The notes beneath the pieces were generated by a model, which was not told the DNA's origin, did not search any database, and was given only the letters and a program-made list of their open reading frames with translations. From Gammaproteobacteria bacterium (GTDB taxonomy: Bacteria > Pseudomonadota > Gammaproteobacteria > S144-34): a stretch of DNA of 64,000 nt. Both the position numbers and the translations under genes were made by a program. The DNA is taken from the NCBI GenBank assembly GCA_026989495.1, contig JALSJE010000067.1:282-64281 (forward strand). Reading direction: 5' to 3'. Positions within the stretch are counted from its first letter, which is position 1. Every line of letters starts with the position of its first letter. Shown in pieces: positions 18,445 through 27,829 of this stretch.

Positions 18445-19481
18445 AAGAGCCGCAGCAGCGGCTTGACCAGCCGCGGCAGGGGTGTGCCCGCGGCCACCTC
18501 GGGCCGCACGTGCCGCTCGAGGTAGCGGCGCACCACCGTGGCGCGGTCGGCGGTGGGCGCGGGCTCGCCCCAGAGCGCCGGGTCCACGCCGGCGAGCAGC
18601 CAGGGCTCGTCCCAGGCGGCCCGCCCTACCATCACCCCGTCGAGCCCCGCGGCGAGATGGCCGGCCGCGGCCTCCAGCGAGCGCACGCCGCCGTTGAGCA
18701 CGATCGTGAGCGCCGGGAAGTCCCCCTTGAGGCGGCGCACCACCTCATAGCGCAGAGGCGGCACGGTGCGGTTCTCCTCCGGGCTCAGCCCCTGGAGCCA
18801 GGCCTTGCGCGCGTGGACGACGAGCACGCGGCAGCCCGCCGCGGCCACGCGCTCGACGAAACGCGCGAGGTGGTCGTATCCGTCGAGATCGTCCACCCCG
18901 ATGCGCGTCTTCACCGTGACAGGCACCGCCCCGGCCGCCTCGTTCTTTTCCCCCAACGCCAGCGCTTCGAATTCCCCGCCCGGCCGGGCATCGGACGCTC
19001 CGGCGCTCGGCGGCGTGCGGCGCTCCCCGCGGCTGGCCGCTTCGCGGCCCCGTGTCCGCGCCGCTGCTTCGCGCATGGCGGCCACGCACTCGGCCACCAG
19101 GCCCGGCTCCTTCATGAGGCAGGCCCCGAAGCGCCCTGCGCTCACGCGCGGGCTCGGGCAGCCCACGTTGAGGTTCACCTCGTCGTAGCCTGCGGCCACC
19201 GCAGCCGCCGTGGCGGCGGCGAGCAGTCCGGGCTCCGAGCCGCCGAGCTGCGCCGCCACCGGGTGCTCGGCCGGATCGAAGGCGAGCAGGCGCGGACCGG
19301 CGGGCCCCAGCACCGCGCGCGCATGCAGCATCTCGGTGTAGAGGCGCGCGTGCCGCGTGAGCAGGCGCGCGAGGAAGCGGAAGTGACGGTCCGTGCGCTC
19401 CATCATGGGCGCGACGCAGAAGCGCCATCCCGCTTCCGGGGATGCCGGCACCAGGGGCTTCATCTGCGAGCTCAGGGCCAT
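18309..19481 (-). CDS. dusA: tRNA-dihydrouridine(20/20a) synthase DusA, with ~40-aa insertion
   Basis: FCVAPMMERTDRHFR, NLNVGCPS, VTVKTRIG, HARKAWLQGLSPEENRTVPPL; start position uncertain. Confidence 0.92.
   Translation of the reverse strand: MALSSQMKPLVPASPEAGWRFCVAPMMERTDRHFRFLARLLTRHARLYTEMLHARAVLGPAGPRLLAFDPAEHPVAAQLGGSEPGLLAAATAAAVAAGYDEVNLNVGCPSPRVSAGRFGACLMKEPGLVAECVAAMREAAARTRGREAASRGERRTPPSAGASDARPGGEFEALALGEKNEAAGAVPVTVKTRIGVDDLDGYDHLARFVERVAAAGCRVLVVHARKAWLQGLSPEENRTVPPLRYEVVRRLKGDFPALTIVLNGGVRSLEAAAGHLAAGLDGVMVGRAAWDEPWLLAGVDPALWGEPAPTADRATVVRRYLERHVRPEVAAGTPLPRLVKPLLRLFQGLPGAARWRRMLSEEARRRPSDPEVVLEALAAVSPAASATAFG
19014..19064. repeat. 51-bp hairpin repeat, copy inside dusA
   Basis: cgtgcggcgctccccgc-ggctGGCCGCttcGCGGCCc-cgtgtccgcgccgc; matches 36797-36847 and 36923-36973. 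Confidence 0.8.
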
Positions 19482-19496
19482 GACGGCTCCAGCGGC

Positions 19497-19524
19497 GTGC
19501 ACGGTGGACGGTGAACAGTGTACG
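19497..19524. repeat. degenerate heptamer tandem repeat
   Basis: GTGCACG GTGGACG GTGAACA GTGTACG, upstream of dusA. Confidence 0.55.
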
Positions 19525-19727
19525 GTAGCGGACCGTGCGCGGTCGCCCGGGTGCCGCCGTCCAGCGAGTTCCGCCGCCGGCTGAGCCGACCTGCCCCCTG
19601 CAGGGGCCTCGGCGATGCCATGCACCAGCACCCGCCGGGACCTCGTGCCGGCAAGCCGGGAGCGTATCGGTGGGAGGCGGCACGGAATGGGGCGCTTGGG
19701 CAGCGGCCGCGCACGGGAGAAAGAGAA

Positions 19728-19890
19728 GAAAGATCTGAAAAATTCGATTTTTCAGACCTTTCCCGCGGCCAGGGACGGCCGCGGGACGGTTCATGCACAG
19801 GGAAGTGCATGACGACAACCGAAAAATCGAAATGGACCGCGAAGCGCCATAGCGCTGATCGATCCGCGCAGCGGATTGATCAGAGTTTCC
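19728..19890 (+). mobile_element. MITE copy 1 (IS5-like ends, TSD AGAA)
   Basis: GAAAGATCTGA...TCAGAGTTTCC flanked by AGAA on both sides; homologous to 26530, 27830 and 55226. Confidence 0.85.
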
Positions 19891-19910
19891 AGAAAGGGGA
19901 GGCTGAAGGC

Positions 19911-21353
19911 CTACGGCCGCCGGAGCCGGCCGGCCAGGCTGACGAGGACGGCGGCGGCCAACGCCGCGAAGAAGCCGGGCGCCAGCTCGTAGAGGTCGAA
20001 CCAGCCACCCTCGAGCCGCTTCCATACGATCACAGTGAGGCCGCCCGCGAGCATGCCGGCGAGCGTCCCCGCGCGGCTCAGGCGCGGCCACCACACCGCG
20101 AGCAGGAGCACGGGCCCGAAGGTGGCCCCGAAGCCCGCCCAGGCGTAGGCGACCATGTCGAGCACGCGGCTTGCCGGATCCTGCGCGAGCGCCGCCGCCA
20201 CCACCGCCACGGCCGCCACGGTCGCGCGCCCCATCCACACGAGCTCGCGCGCGCCCGCGCACGGGCGCAGGAAGGCGCGGTAGAAGTCCTCGGTGAGCGC
20301 CGAGGCCGCGACCAGGAGCTGCGAGTCGGCGGTGCTCATGATGGCGGCGAGCACCGCCGCGAGCAGCGCCCCGGCGACGAAGGGATGAAAGACCACCTGC
20401 ACCAGCCGGAGGAAGACCTTCTCCGTGTCGGCGCCTGCGAGCGGCGGCTCGAGGTGGCCGATGCCCGCGAGCCCCACCAGCACCGCGCCGGCGAGGGTGA
20501 GGGTGACCCAGCCCATGGCGATGCGCCGTGCGGGCACGAGCTCCGCCGCCTCGCGCACGGCCATGAAGCGCGCGAGGATGTGCGGCTGGCCGAAGTAGCC
20601 CAGACCCCAGGCCAGCAGCGACAGCAGGGCCACCATCCCCAGGGGCTCGCCGCCGGCCCGGGTCCAGGGATCGAGCAGCGCCGCATCACGCGCCGCCACC
20701 GCCGCCATGGCCGCATCCCATCCGCCCTGGGCCTGCACGGCCGCGAGCGGCGCGGCGATCAGGGCCACGAGCATGAGCAGCCCCTGCACCACGTCCGTCC
20801 ATGACACCGCGAAGAAGCCCCCGAGCAGCGTGTAGGCCACGATCACCGCGCCGCCGGCGAGCACGGCCGCCGTATAGGACAGCCCGAAGACGCTCTCGAA
20901 GAGCTTCCCGCCCGCGGCCAGCCCCGAGGCCGTGTAAAGGGTGAAGAAAAGCAGGATGAAGCCCGCCGCGACCACCCGCAGCAGCGGGTCGCCGCCGAAG
21001 CGCGCCGCGAGGAACTCGGGCAGGGTGAGGGCATCGCCGGCCGCGGCCGTGGCCTCGCGCAGCCGCGCGGCGAGCAGACGCCAGTTGAGCCAGGTGCCCG
21101 CGAGCAGCCCGAGCGCGATCCAGGCCGCCTCCAGCCCCGCGGCGTAGGCGTAGCCAGGCAGGCCCAGCAGCAGCCAGCCGCTCATGTCCGAGGCCTCGGC
21201 CGAGAGCGCCGTCACCCAGCGCCCCAGGCGCCGCCCGCCCAGCAGGTAGTCCGCAAGATCGCGCGTGCGCCGCCAGGCCCACAGCCCGATGGCGAGCATC
21301 CCGGCGAGATAGAGCACGAAGGCGGCGACGACGGCAGGGTCGCTGGCGCGCAC
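19911..21353 (-). CDS. putP: sodium/proline symporter PutP
   Basis: DYLLGGRRLG..ALSAEASDMSGWLLLGLPG; WGLGYFGQPHILARFM; GTG start after GGAGGAG. Confidence 0.93.
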   Translation of the reverse strand: MRASDPAVVAAFVLYLAGMLAIGLWAWRRTRDLADYLLGGRRLGRWVTALSAEASDMSGWLLLGLPGYAYAAGLEAAWIALGLLAGTWLNWRLLAARLREATAAAGDALTLPEFLAARFGGDPLLRVVAAGFILLFFTLYTASGLAAGGKLFESVFGLSYTAAVLAGGAVIVAYTLLGGFFAVSWTDVVQGLLMLVALIAAPLAAVQAQGGWDAAMAAVAARDAALLDPWTRAGGEPLGMVALLSLLAWGLGYFGQPHILARFMAVREAAELVPARRIAMGWVTLTLAGAVLVGLAGIGHLEPPLAGADTEKVFLRLVQVVFHPFVAGALLAAVLAAIMSTADSQLLVAASALTEDFYRAFLRPCAGARELVWMGRATVAAVAVVAAALAQDPASRVLDMVAYAWAGFGATFGPVLLLAVWWPRLSRAGTLAGMLAGGLTVIVWKRLEGGWFDLYELAPGFFAALAAAVLVSLAGRLRRP

Positions 21354-21430
21354 GCGGCTCCTCCGGCGCTGGAAAACCGCGCCGAAGTCTGCCAGATTGC
21401 GCCCGTCCCGGGCCACCGGCATATCCGAAC

Positions 21431-22432
21431 GTGGAGATACGCGCCTTCCGCATCGAGGAAACCCCGGAGGGGCCGCGCGGGCGGCTCGTCACCCTGCCCG
21501 CCGCGCGGCTCACACCGGGCGCGGTGCAGGTGCGCGTGCTCTGGTCGAGCGTCAACTACAAGGACGCGCTCGCGGGCACCGGTCGCGCGCCCATCCTGCG
21601 CCGCTACCCGCTCAACGGGGGCATCGACGCCGCCGGCGTCGTGGCCGCCTCCGAGGACCCGCGCTTCCGCCCGGGCGACCGCGTCGTCGTCACCGGCTGC
21701 GGCCTGAGCGAGACCCGCGACGGCGGCTTCGCCGAGCGGATCAACGTGCCCCCGGAATGCGTGGTGCCCCTGCCCGAAGGGCTCACGCTGCGCGAGGCCA
21801 TGGCCATCGGCACGGCCGGCTTCACGGTGGCGCTCGCCCTCCAGCGCCTGGAGGCCGTGGGCCTCACCCCGGCCCACGGCCCCTTCGTGGTCACCGGCGC
21901 CACCGGGGGCGTGGGCATGCTCGCCGTGGACATCCTCGCGGGCGCCGGCTTCGAGGTGGTCGCGGTCACCGGCAAGCCCGAGCGCGCCGAGGCGCTGCGG
22001 GCCCTCGGCGCCGCCGAGGTGCTGGACCGCCGTACGCTCGACCTCGGCACCCGGCCGCTGGAGCAGGCGCGCTGGGGCGGCGCCCTGGACAACGTGGGCG
22101 GGGAGCTCCTGGGCTGGCTCTCGCGCACCGTGCGCCCCTGGGGCGCCATCGCGTCCGTCGGGCTCGCCGGCGGAATGGAGCTCCGCACCACCGTCATGCC
22201 CTTCATCCTGCGCGGCATCAGCCTCGTGGGGGTGAGCTCGGCCAACTGCCCCGCCGAATGGCGCGCGCGGCTGTGGGCGCGGCTCGCCGGCCCCCTGCGC
22301 CCCCGCCACCTGGACCGCATCGTCACGGGCGCCGTGACGCTCGAGGGGCTGCCCGAGGTGTTCGAGGCCATGCTTGCCGGCCGCCACGTGGGCCGCACCC
22401 TCGTGCGCGTGGCCCCCGGCGACGAGGATTGA
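21431..22432 (+). CDS. acuI: YhdH/AcuI family acryloyl-CoA reductase (MDR)
   Basis: SSVNYKDALA, AMAIGTAGFT, VTGATGGVG, TVMPFILRG. Confidence 0.88.
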   Translation: MEIRAFRIEETPEGPRGRLVTLPAARLTPGAVQVRVLWSSVNYKDALAGTGRAPILRRYPLNGGIDAAGVVAASEDPRFRPGDRVVVTGCGLSETRDGGFAERINVPPECVVPLPEGLTLREAMAIGTAGFTVALALQRLEAVGLTPAHGPFVVTGATGGVGMLAVDILAGAGFEVVAVTGKPERAEALRALGAAEVLDRRTLDLGTRPLEQARWGGALDNVGGELLGWLSRTVRPWGAIASVGLAGGMELRTTVMPFILRGISLVGVSSANCPAEWRARLWARLAGPLRPRHLDRIVTGAVTLEGLPEVFEAMLAGRHVGRTLVRVAPGDED

Positions 22433-22567
22433 GCCTGCCCTACTACACAAGCCGGTCCGGGTCTGCGACAATAACCGAGCGGAACACTTGGTTATGCCCC
22501 ACGCCACGCGGGGTTTGCGCTATCGTGTTGCGCCCCCTGCAGGCCGACCGGAGGAGCCCGATCCAGC

Positions 22568-23710
22568 ATGTCCAGTGCGGTCCGCATCCCGGAGCTGCCC
22601 GAGCTGCCCTCGCCCGCTACCCGCCGGGTGACGCTGCCCGGGCCCTTCCGGATGCGTCGCGGTGGCGTGCTGCCGCTGGTGCACATCGCCTACGAGGCCT
22701 GGGGCCGGCTCGCCCCCGGGCGCGACAACAACGTGGTGCTGGTCTTCACCGGGCTCTCGCCCAGCGCGCACGCGGCCTCCTCGCCCGAGGACCCCTCCCC
22801 GGGCTGGTGGGAGTACATGATCGGCCCCGGGCGTCCCATCGACACCCGGCGCTGGCACGTGGTCTGCGTCAACTCCCTCGGGAGCTGCTTCGGCTCCACC
22901 GGTCCCGCCTCGCCCGACCCGCGCACGGGCGAGCCCTACCGGCTGCGCTTCCCCGAGCTCAGCGTGGAGGACATCGCCGCAGCCGCGCGCGAGGCGCTGC
23001 GCGCCCTGGGCATCACGCGGGTTCACACCGTGATCGGCGCCTCTCTCGGCGGCATGGCCGCGCTCGCCTATGCGATGAGCTTCCCCGAGGAGGTCGAGCA
23101 GCTCGTCACCATCTCCGCGGCAGCGCGCGCCACACCCTTCGCCATCGCCATCCGCTCGCTCCAGCGTGAGATCATCCGCTCCGACCCCGCCTGGCAGGGC
23201 GGCAACTACCCCTTGGGCGCAGGCCCGCGCGAGGGGATGCGGCTCGCGCGCAAGCTCGGCCTCATGTCCTACCGCTCCGCCGAGGAGTGGCTGCACCGTT
23301 TCGGCCGCGAGCGCATCCCGCCCGAGCGGCGCGCGCCTGGCACATTCTCCCCGGAGTTCCAGGTGGAGGCCTACCTGGAGCACAACGCGCTCAAGTTCGT
23401 CGAGCGCTTCGACGCCAACTGCTACCTCTACCTCTCGCGCTCCATGGATCTCTTCGACGTGGCCGAGCACGGCTCCGGCTCCGTGGACGCCGGGCTCGCG
23501 CGGGTGGCCGCCCGCCGCGCGCTCGTGATCGGCGTCACCACCGACTTCCTGTTCCCGCTCTTCCAGCAGGAGGAGCTGGCCGAGGGCCTGCGCGCAGCCG
23601 GCTGCGAGGTGCGCTTCGAGGCCCTGCGCAGCATCCAGGGCCACGACGCCTTCCTGGTGGACGAGGCCCGCTTCGCGCCCGTGGTGGCCGCGTTCATGGC
23701 CGCGCCATGA
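22568..23710 (+). CDS. metX: MetX-family O-acyltransferase, serine-type (GLSP)
   Basis: TGLSPSAHA, GWWEYMIGPG, GASLGG nucleophile elbow, GHDAFL. Confidence 0.88.
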   Translation: MSSAVRIPELPELPSPATRRVTLPGPFRMRRGGVLPLVHIAYEAWGRLAPGRDNNVVLVFTGLSPSAHAASSPEDPSPGWWEYMIGPGRPIDTRRWHVVCVNSLGSCFGSTGPASPDPRTGEPYRLRFPELSVEDIAAAAREALRALGITRVHTVIGASLGGMAALAYAMSFPEEVEQLVTISAAARATPFAIAIRSLQREIIRSDPAWQGGNYPLGAGPREGMRLARKLGLMSYRSAEEWLHRFGRERIPPERRAPGTFSPEFQVEAYLEHNALKFVERFDANCYLYLSRSMDLFDVAEHGSGSVDAGLARVAARRALVIGVTTDFLFPLFQQEELAEGLRAAGCEVRFEALRSIQGHDAFLVDEARFAPVVAAFMAAP

Positions 23711-24027
23711 ACGACGAGCGCCGCGCGCCCCCCACCTATCCCGGCCTGGAAGCCGACGAGCGCGACGGCCTCACCGAGCTCGGCCGTATCATCCGCGACG
23801 CCTGGGTCTTCGGCATCCTCCCCGAGGGCGAGACCTGCGCCGGCTGGCCGCTACGTCGCCTGCGCGACGTCGCCGAGCAGGTGGCCCGGGCCTGGGAGCG
23901 CCACGGGCTCATCCCGAGCGCATTGCCGCCCGAGCTGCGCGAGCGCCACGCCCGCATCCACGGCGAGGCCTTCGCCCGCGCCAAGGCCGCGGGCTGGGAG
24001 CCCTCCCTCGACGACGAGGAGGTGTGA
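23707..24027 (+). CDS. conserved hypothetical protein
   Basis: ATGA coupling to metX; globular sequence GRIIRDAWVFGILPEGETCAGW. Confidence 0.75.
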   Translation: MNDERRAPPTYPGLEADERDGLTELGRIIRDAWVFGILPEGETCAGWPLRRLRDVAEQVARAWERHGLIPSALPPELRERHARIHGEAFARAKAAGWEPSLDDEEV

Positions 24028-24029
24028 GC

Positions 24030-24257
24030 ATGCGTCACGCCCTTCTGGTCCCCACCCTCGCCGCCCTGGCCCTGCTGCTCGCCTCCTGTGGCGGCGGCGC
24101 GGACGAGGTGGCGGTGGAGCAGCCGCAGAAGAGGGAACGGCGCGAGACCGCCTTCGACGGCCAGCTGCGCGCCCTCGACAAGGCCCGGGACGTGGAGCGC
24201 CGGCTCATGGAGGCCGACGAGGCCCGCCGCCGCGCCCTCGACGAGCAGTCCCGCTAG
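24030..24257 (+). CDS. small lipoprotein
   Basis: Lipobox LLASC followed by a coiled tail. Confidence 0.7.
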   Translation: MRHALLVPTLAALALLLASCGGGADEVAVEQPQKRERRETAFDGQLRALDKARDVERRLMEADEARRRALDEQSR

Positions 24258-24293
24258 AGCCCCGGACACGCCCGCCCCGTGGGCGATCTCGGC

Positions 24294-24326
24294 TACAATG
24301 GGATGAGCGGCATTTCGCGGGAAATG
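24294..24326 (+). promoter_or_regulatory. putative -10 box and operator of TA pair 1
   Basis: TACAAT at 24294; inverted repeat CATTTC-gcgg-GAAATG at 24311-24326, just before the antitoxin ATG. Confidence 0.5.
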
Positions 24327-24328
24327 GC

Positions 24329-24601
24329 ATGGACACCCACAGCTACATGGTGCGGGTCGACGGGCGCGGCCGGGTCGTGCTGCCGGCAGCGCTGCGTGAG
24401 CGGCTCGGGCTCCACCGCGGCGACACCCTGGTGCTGAGCGTCGAGACGGACGGCACCGTCCGGCTGCTGAACCCGGCGGAAGCCGCCCGTGCCGGCCGGG
24501 GGCTGCTGCGCAGGCTCGCCCCCGCCGCCCGCCGGCGCTCCCTGGCGAAGGAGCTCATCGCCGAGCGGCGGGCGGAGGCGCGCCGTGAGCGCCGTCCTTG
24601 A
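24329..24601 (+). CDS. vapB: AbrB/MazE-type antitoxin
   Basis: VRVDGRGRVVLPAALRERLGLHRGD. Confidence 0.88.
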   Translation: MDTHSYMVRVDGRGRVVLPAALRERLGLHRGDTLVLSVETDGTVRLLNPAEAARAGRGLLRRLAPAARRRSLAKELIAERRAEARRERRP

Positions 24602-24983
24602 CGCCTCGGCGCCGCTCGCCTACCTGAACGACGAGCCGGGAGCGCGCCGCGTGGAGGCCGTCCTCGCCGAAGGTGCCGTCATCGGTGCCGCCAACTGGGC
24701 GGAGGTGCTGTCCAGGGTCTCGGACGCCGGTATCGCCCCTCCCCGGCTGGTCGCCGAGCTCACGGAAGCCGGTCTGGTCGGCACGGCGCTCCGGATCGAG
24801 CCCTTGCTGCCGGTCGACGGCGAGCGGATCGTCGGGCTGCGTCCCGTCACCCGCCGGCAAGGGCTCTCGCTCGGCGACCGCGCCTGCCTGGCGTTGGCGC
24901 TACGGCTGCAGGCGCCGGTGCTCACCACGGATCGCACGTGGGGTCGCCTGCGGCTGCCTCTCGAGATCGTGACCCTTCGCTGA
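24585..24983 (+). CDS. vapC: VapC PIN-domain toxin
   Basis: GTG start overlapping the antitoxin; VLDASA..ANWAEV..LSLGDRACLALA..VLTTD. Confidence 0.9.
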   Translation: MSAVLDASAPLAYLNDEPGARRVEAVLAEGAVIGAANWAEVLSRVSDAGIAPPRLVAELTEAGLVGTALRIEPLLPVDGERIVGLRPVTRRQGLSLGDRACLALALRLQAPVLTTDRTWGRLRLPLEIVTLR

Positions 24984-25002
24984 GGCGTTCCGGCCTTTCC
25001 GG

Positions 25003-25395
25003 TCATTCGTCGCCGCTGCCGCCTTGCGGGGAATCGTCGCAGGGGCGCAGGCGGTCGAGGATGAGCCCGTGGAAGGCCGCCGCCCCGTTGTAGCGCCAGC
25101 CCAGGTGCTCGCCGCAGGCCCGGCACACCGCCACCTGCCAGCGGCAGCCGGGGAACCAGGTCCACTCCAGGGCAGGGAGACCGAGGGCAGCGCACCCTGG
25201 TGCCTGCGCGAAGCAGCCGATGACGAACACGACGCCCGCCGGGTTCATGAAGCTGTGCACATGGGTGCCCTCGCAGGCGATGGCCGCGTCCTCGTCCGTG
25301 ACGTGCGCGCCGCAGGCCGCGCAGCAGAGTCGCCGCCCCTGCCCGGCCGCCGCCTCCCCGGCCCCGGCGAGCGGCGCCTCCTCCGTGACCGCCAC
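25003..25395 (-). CDS. cereblon (CULT-domain) family protein
   Basis: CAACG..FMNPAG..EWTWFPGCRWQVAVCRACGEHLGWRY: two CxxC Zn motifs and the tri-Trp cage. Confidence 0.9.
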   Translation of the reverse strand: MAVTEEAPLAGAGEAAAGQGRRLCCAACGAHVTDEDAAIACEGTHVHSFMNPAGVVFVIGCFAQAPGCAALGLPALEWTWFPGCRWQVAVCRACGEHLGWRYNGAAAFHGLILDRLRPCDDSPQGGSGDE

Positions 25396-25398
25396 CGC

Positions 25399-26523
25399 TC
25401 AGCCCCCCGCGAGCCAGCGGCCCACGGCCGTGCCCAGGAAGGTGCCGCCGGCGTAGCCCAGCGTCCCGCAGAGCACCGCGGGTGTCACCAGGCCCCGCCA
25501 GCCGGCCGCACTCGCCATCGCCGCCGCCGTGGTGGGCCCGCCCGCGTTGGCGTTGGAGGCCACCACCACCTCGCGCAGGTCCAGCCGCAGCAGCCGGCCC
25601 GCGAGCAGGATCACGGCCAGGTGCACCGCGAGCACCGTGCCGGCGAAGGCGAGCAGCGCAGGACCCGCCCGCAGCACCGTGCCCACGTGGGCGCTCGCGC
25701 CGATGGCGGCGAAGAAGACCTGCATCAGCAGCACGCCGATGCGCTCCGCATCCGCCAGCCGCCGCGCCGCGTCCGGCGCGAGCGTGGCGAAGGCGACCGC
25801 CAGCGCCGTCAGCCACAGCACGGCGCTCCCCCGCAGTCCCGTGAGGGCCTCGAGCGCATAGCCCGCCGCGCACGCGGCGGCCGCGAGCGCGAGCGCCGCC
25901 GCGGCCGGCAGCGGCCCGGGGAGGGCCGCCTCCGCGCCCCTCATCCCGCCGTCGCCCTCGACGCCCGGCCGGTCCGGGTAGCGCCGCCGCAGGGCGCGCA
26001 CCCCGGGCAGGGCGAACAGCACCACGAACAGCACCGTCATGAGCAGGTTGTCCGCCGCCATGCCGGCGGCGAGCAGGCCCGCATCATGCAGGCCCAGCGC
26101 CTCGGCGGTGGCCACATAGTTCATGGAGCCGCCCGTGTAGGTGGCGGTGAAGACGCCCGCGAGCCGCGCCGCCTCAGGGACGGGCACCAGCGCATGGGCG
26201 GCGAGCGCCCCCAGCACCGTGCCCGCGGCGCCGGCCACGTAGGCCGCGAGCAGCGGGCCCGCCTCGCGCACGATGCGCCGCAGGTCCGCGCGCAGGAGCA
26301 GCAGCGGGATGGCGAGCGGAACCAGCCACTGCCACACGCGGTCGTAGATCGGTGAGGCGGCGGGGATCAGCCCCAGGTTGGAGAGGGCGAAGGTCGCAGC
26401 GATGGCCACCACCGGGGCGGACAGGCGCGCGCCCCAACGTGTGCCCTCGGCCCATAGCCCGAAGGCCCCGGCGCCCAGGAGCACCGCCCACAGGCCCCAT
26501 TCGGATGCGATTCCTGCGCTCAT
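25399..26523 (-). CDS. DUF819 family membrane protein
   Basis: Multi-TM; ATYTGGSMNY, ASNANAGGPTTA. Start at ATG 26523; the track's longer N-terminus is MITE-derived. Confidence 0.85.
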   Translation of the reverse strand: MSAGIASEWGLWAVLLGAGAFGLWAEGTRWGARLSAPVVAIAATFALSNLGLIPAASPIYDRVWQWLVPLAIPLLLLRADLRRIVREAGPLLAAYVAGAAGTVLGALAAHALVPVPEAARLAGVFTATYTGGSMNYVATAEALGLHDAGLLAAGMAADNLLMTVLFVVLFALPGVRALRRRYPDRPGVEGDGGMRGAEAALPGPLPAAAALALAAAACAAGYALEALTGLRGSAVLWLTALAVAFATLAPDAARRLADAERIGVLLMQVFFAAIGASAHVGTVLRAGPALLAFAGTVLAVHLAVILLAGRLLRLDLREVVVASNANAGGPTTAAAMASAAGWRGLVTPAVLCGTLGYAGGTFLGTAVGRWLAGG

Positions 26524-26529
26524 ACAGAT

Positions 26530-26693
26530 GGACGGTCTGAAAAATCCCGATTTTTCAGACCGTCCCCGCGGCCAGGGACGGCCGCGGGACGGCCCATGCA
26601 CAGGGAAGTGCATGACAACTTGGAGAAAAATCGAATGGACCGCGAAGCACTATCGCGCTGATCGATCCGCGCAGCGGATTGATCAGAGATTCC
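26530..26693 (+). mobile_element. MITE copy 2 (TSD AGAT)
   Basis: GGACGGTCTGA...TCAGAGATTCC flanked by AGAT on both sides. Confidence 0.88.
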
Positions 26694-26810
26694 AGATGCT
26701 TGCGGTGTGTGTTTCATGTGAGGGCGGAGCTTGCCTGCAAGCCGCGCATCTGGCAAGGTTCCGCCTTCGCTACCAGGCGGCCCACGAGAAGGAAAAGGCA
26801 GGAGGCCGGC

Positions 26811-27725
26811 GTGACGACGGACAACGACCGTCCCCATCCCCTCCTCGACGAGGACAAGCCGCGCCGGATCCAGGTGCGCCGGCGTGTGAGCGCCACGGAT
26901 CCGCGCACGGCCGCCGACTTCCTCGCGCTCTACTCGGGCCTGAGCAAGCGGCAGGTCAAGGAGGCCATGAGCAAGGGGGCGGCGTGGATCACCCGCGCCC
27001 GGCCCGGCAGCAGGCGCACCCGCCTGCGGCGCGCCAAGTCGCCGCTCACGCCCGGCGACTACGTGGAGCTCTACTACGACCCGCGCATCCTCGCGGTGGA
27101 ACCGCTTCCGGCGCGCTGCATCGCCGACCGCGAGGCCTACAGCGTGTGGTTCAAGCCGGCGGGCCTGCTCGCCGAGGGCACCAGCTACGGCGACCATGTC
27201 TCCATCCAGCGGCAGGTGGAGAAGGCCGTGGCCCCGAGGCGCAAGGTCCACCTGGTCCACCGCCTCGACCGCGAGGCGCAGGGGCTCATGGTCTTCGCCC
27301 ACACGCGCGCGGCCGCCGCCAGCCTCTCGCGGCAGTTCCAGGCCATGCAGGTGGACAAGGTCTACCTGGCGGTGGTGAAGGGCGACCTCGCTGCCGTCCA
27401 CGATCAGGAGGGCCGCATCGAGCTGCCGCTCGACGGGCAGCCCGCCATCACCGACTACGAGGTGCTGAGCTACGACCCAAGCGAGGACGCAAGCCTGGTG
27501 CGCGTGCGCATCGCCACCGGGCGGCTGCACCAGATCCGGCGCCACATGGAGGCGCTCGGCTTCCCGGTGATGGGCGATCCCCGCTACGGGCGCGGCAACA
27601 AGAACACGGCGGGCATGCGGCTCGCCGCCATGGGGCTGGGCTTCCGCGACCCCGTCACGGGCGAGCCTGTGCGCTTCGAGCTCGATCCCGCCGAGCTCGG
27701 CTTCGACCTGCCCGCCACCGGCTGA
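26811..27725 (+). CDS. RluA family pseudouridine synthase
   Basis: GTG after GGAGG; KPAGL, VHRLDREAQGL, TGRLHQIRRH, GDPRYG. Confidence 0.92.
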   Translation: MTTDNDRPHPLLDEDKPRRIQVRRRVSATDPRTAADFLALYSGLSKRQVKEAMSKGAAWITRARPGSRRTRLRRAKSPLTPGDYVELYYDPRILAVEPLPARCIADREAYSVWFKPAGLLAEGTSYGDHVSIQRQVEKAVAPRRKVHLVHRLDREAQGLMVFAHTRAAAASLSRQFQAMQVDKVYLAVVKGDLAAVHDQEGRIELPLDGQPAITDYEVLSYDPSEDASLVRVRIATGRLHQIRRHMEALGFPVMGDPRYGRGNKNTAGMRLAAMGLGFRDPVTGEPVRFELDPAELGFDLPATG

Positions 27726-27784
27726 CTGCCACCGTCCCGCTTCCCGAGGCGCAGGCCGTTCCCCCGCTCACGTGTGCCGCTTGC

Positions 27785-27825
27785 TTGACGATAGACACCC
27801 GATACGCTTTACTCCTCAGTAAAGC
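27785..27825 (+). promoter_or_regulatory. putative sigma70 promoter with palindromic operator for TA pair 2
   Basis: TTGACG-N17-TTTACT, overlapped by the perfect inverted repeat GCTTTACT-cctc-AGTAAAGC (27806-27825). Confidence 0.6.
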
Positions 27826-27829
27826 AATT

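Noticed and set aside
19400-19900. dusA-associated integrative element
   Set aside because: No integrase and no duplicated dusA 5' fragment in the window.
22433-22567. SAM/SAH riboswitch upstream of the metX-like gene
   Set aside because: No recognisable SAM-I, SAM-II or SAH consensus by eye; only one inverted repeat. An Rfam scan would settle it.
26524-26613. Recurrent peptide MHFPVHGPSRGRPWPR at the start of several track ORFs (19472.., 25399.., 55306..)
   Set aside because: This is a translation of the MITE sequence, not a protein domain; true starts lie outside the element.
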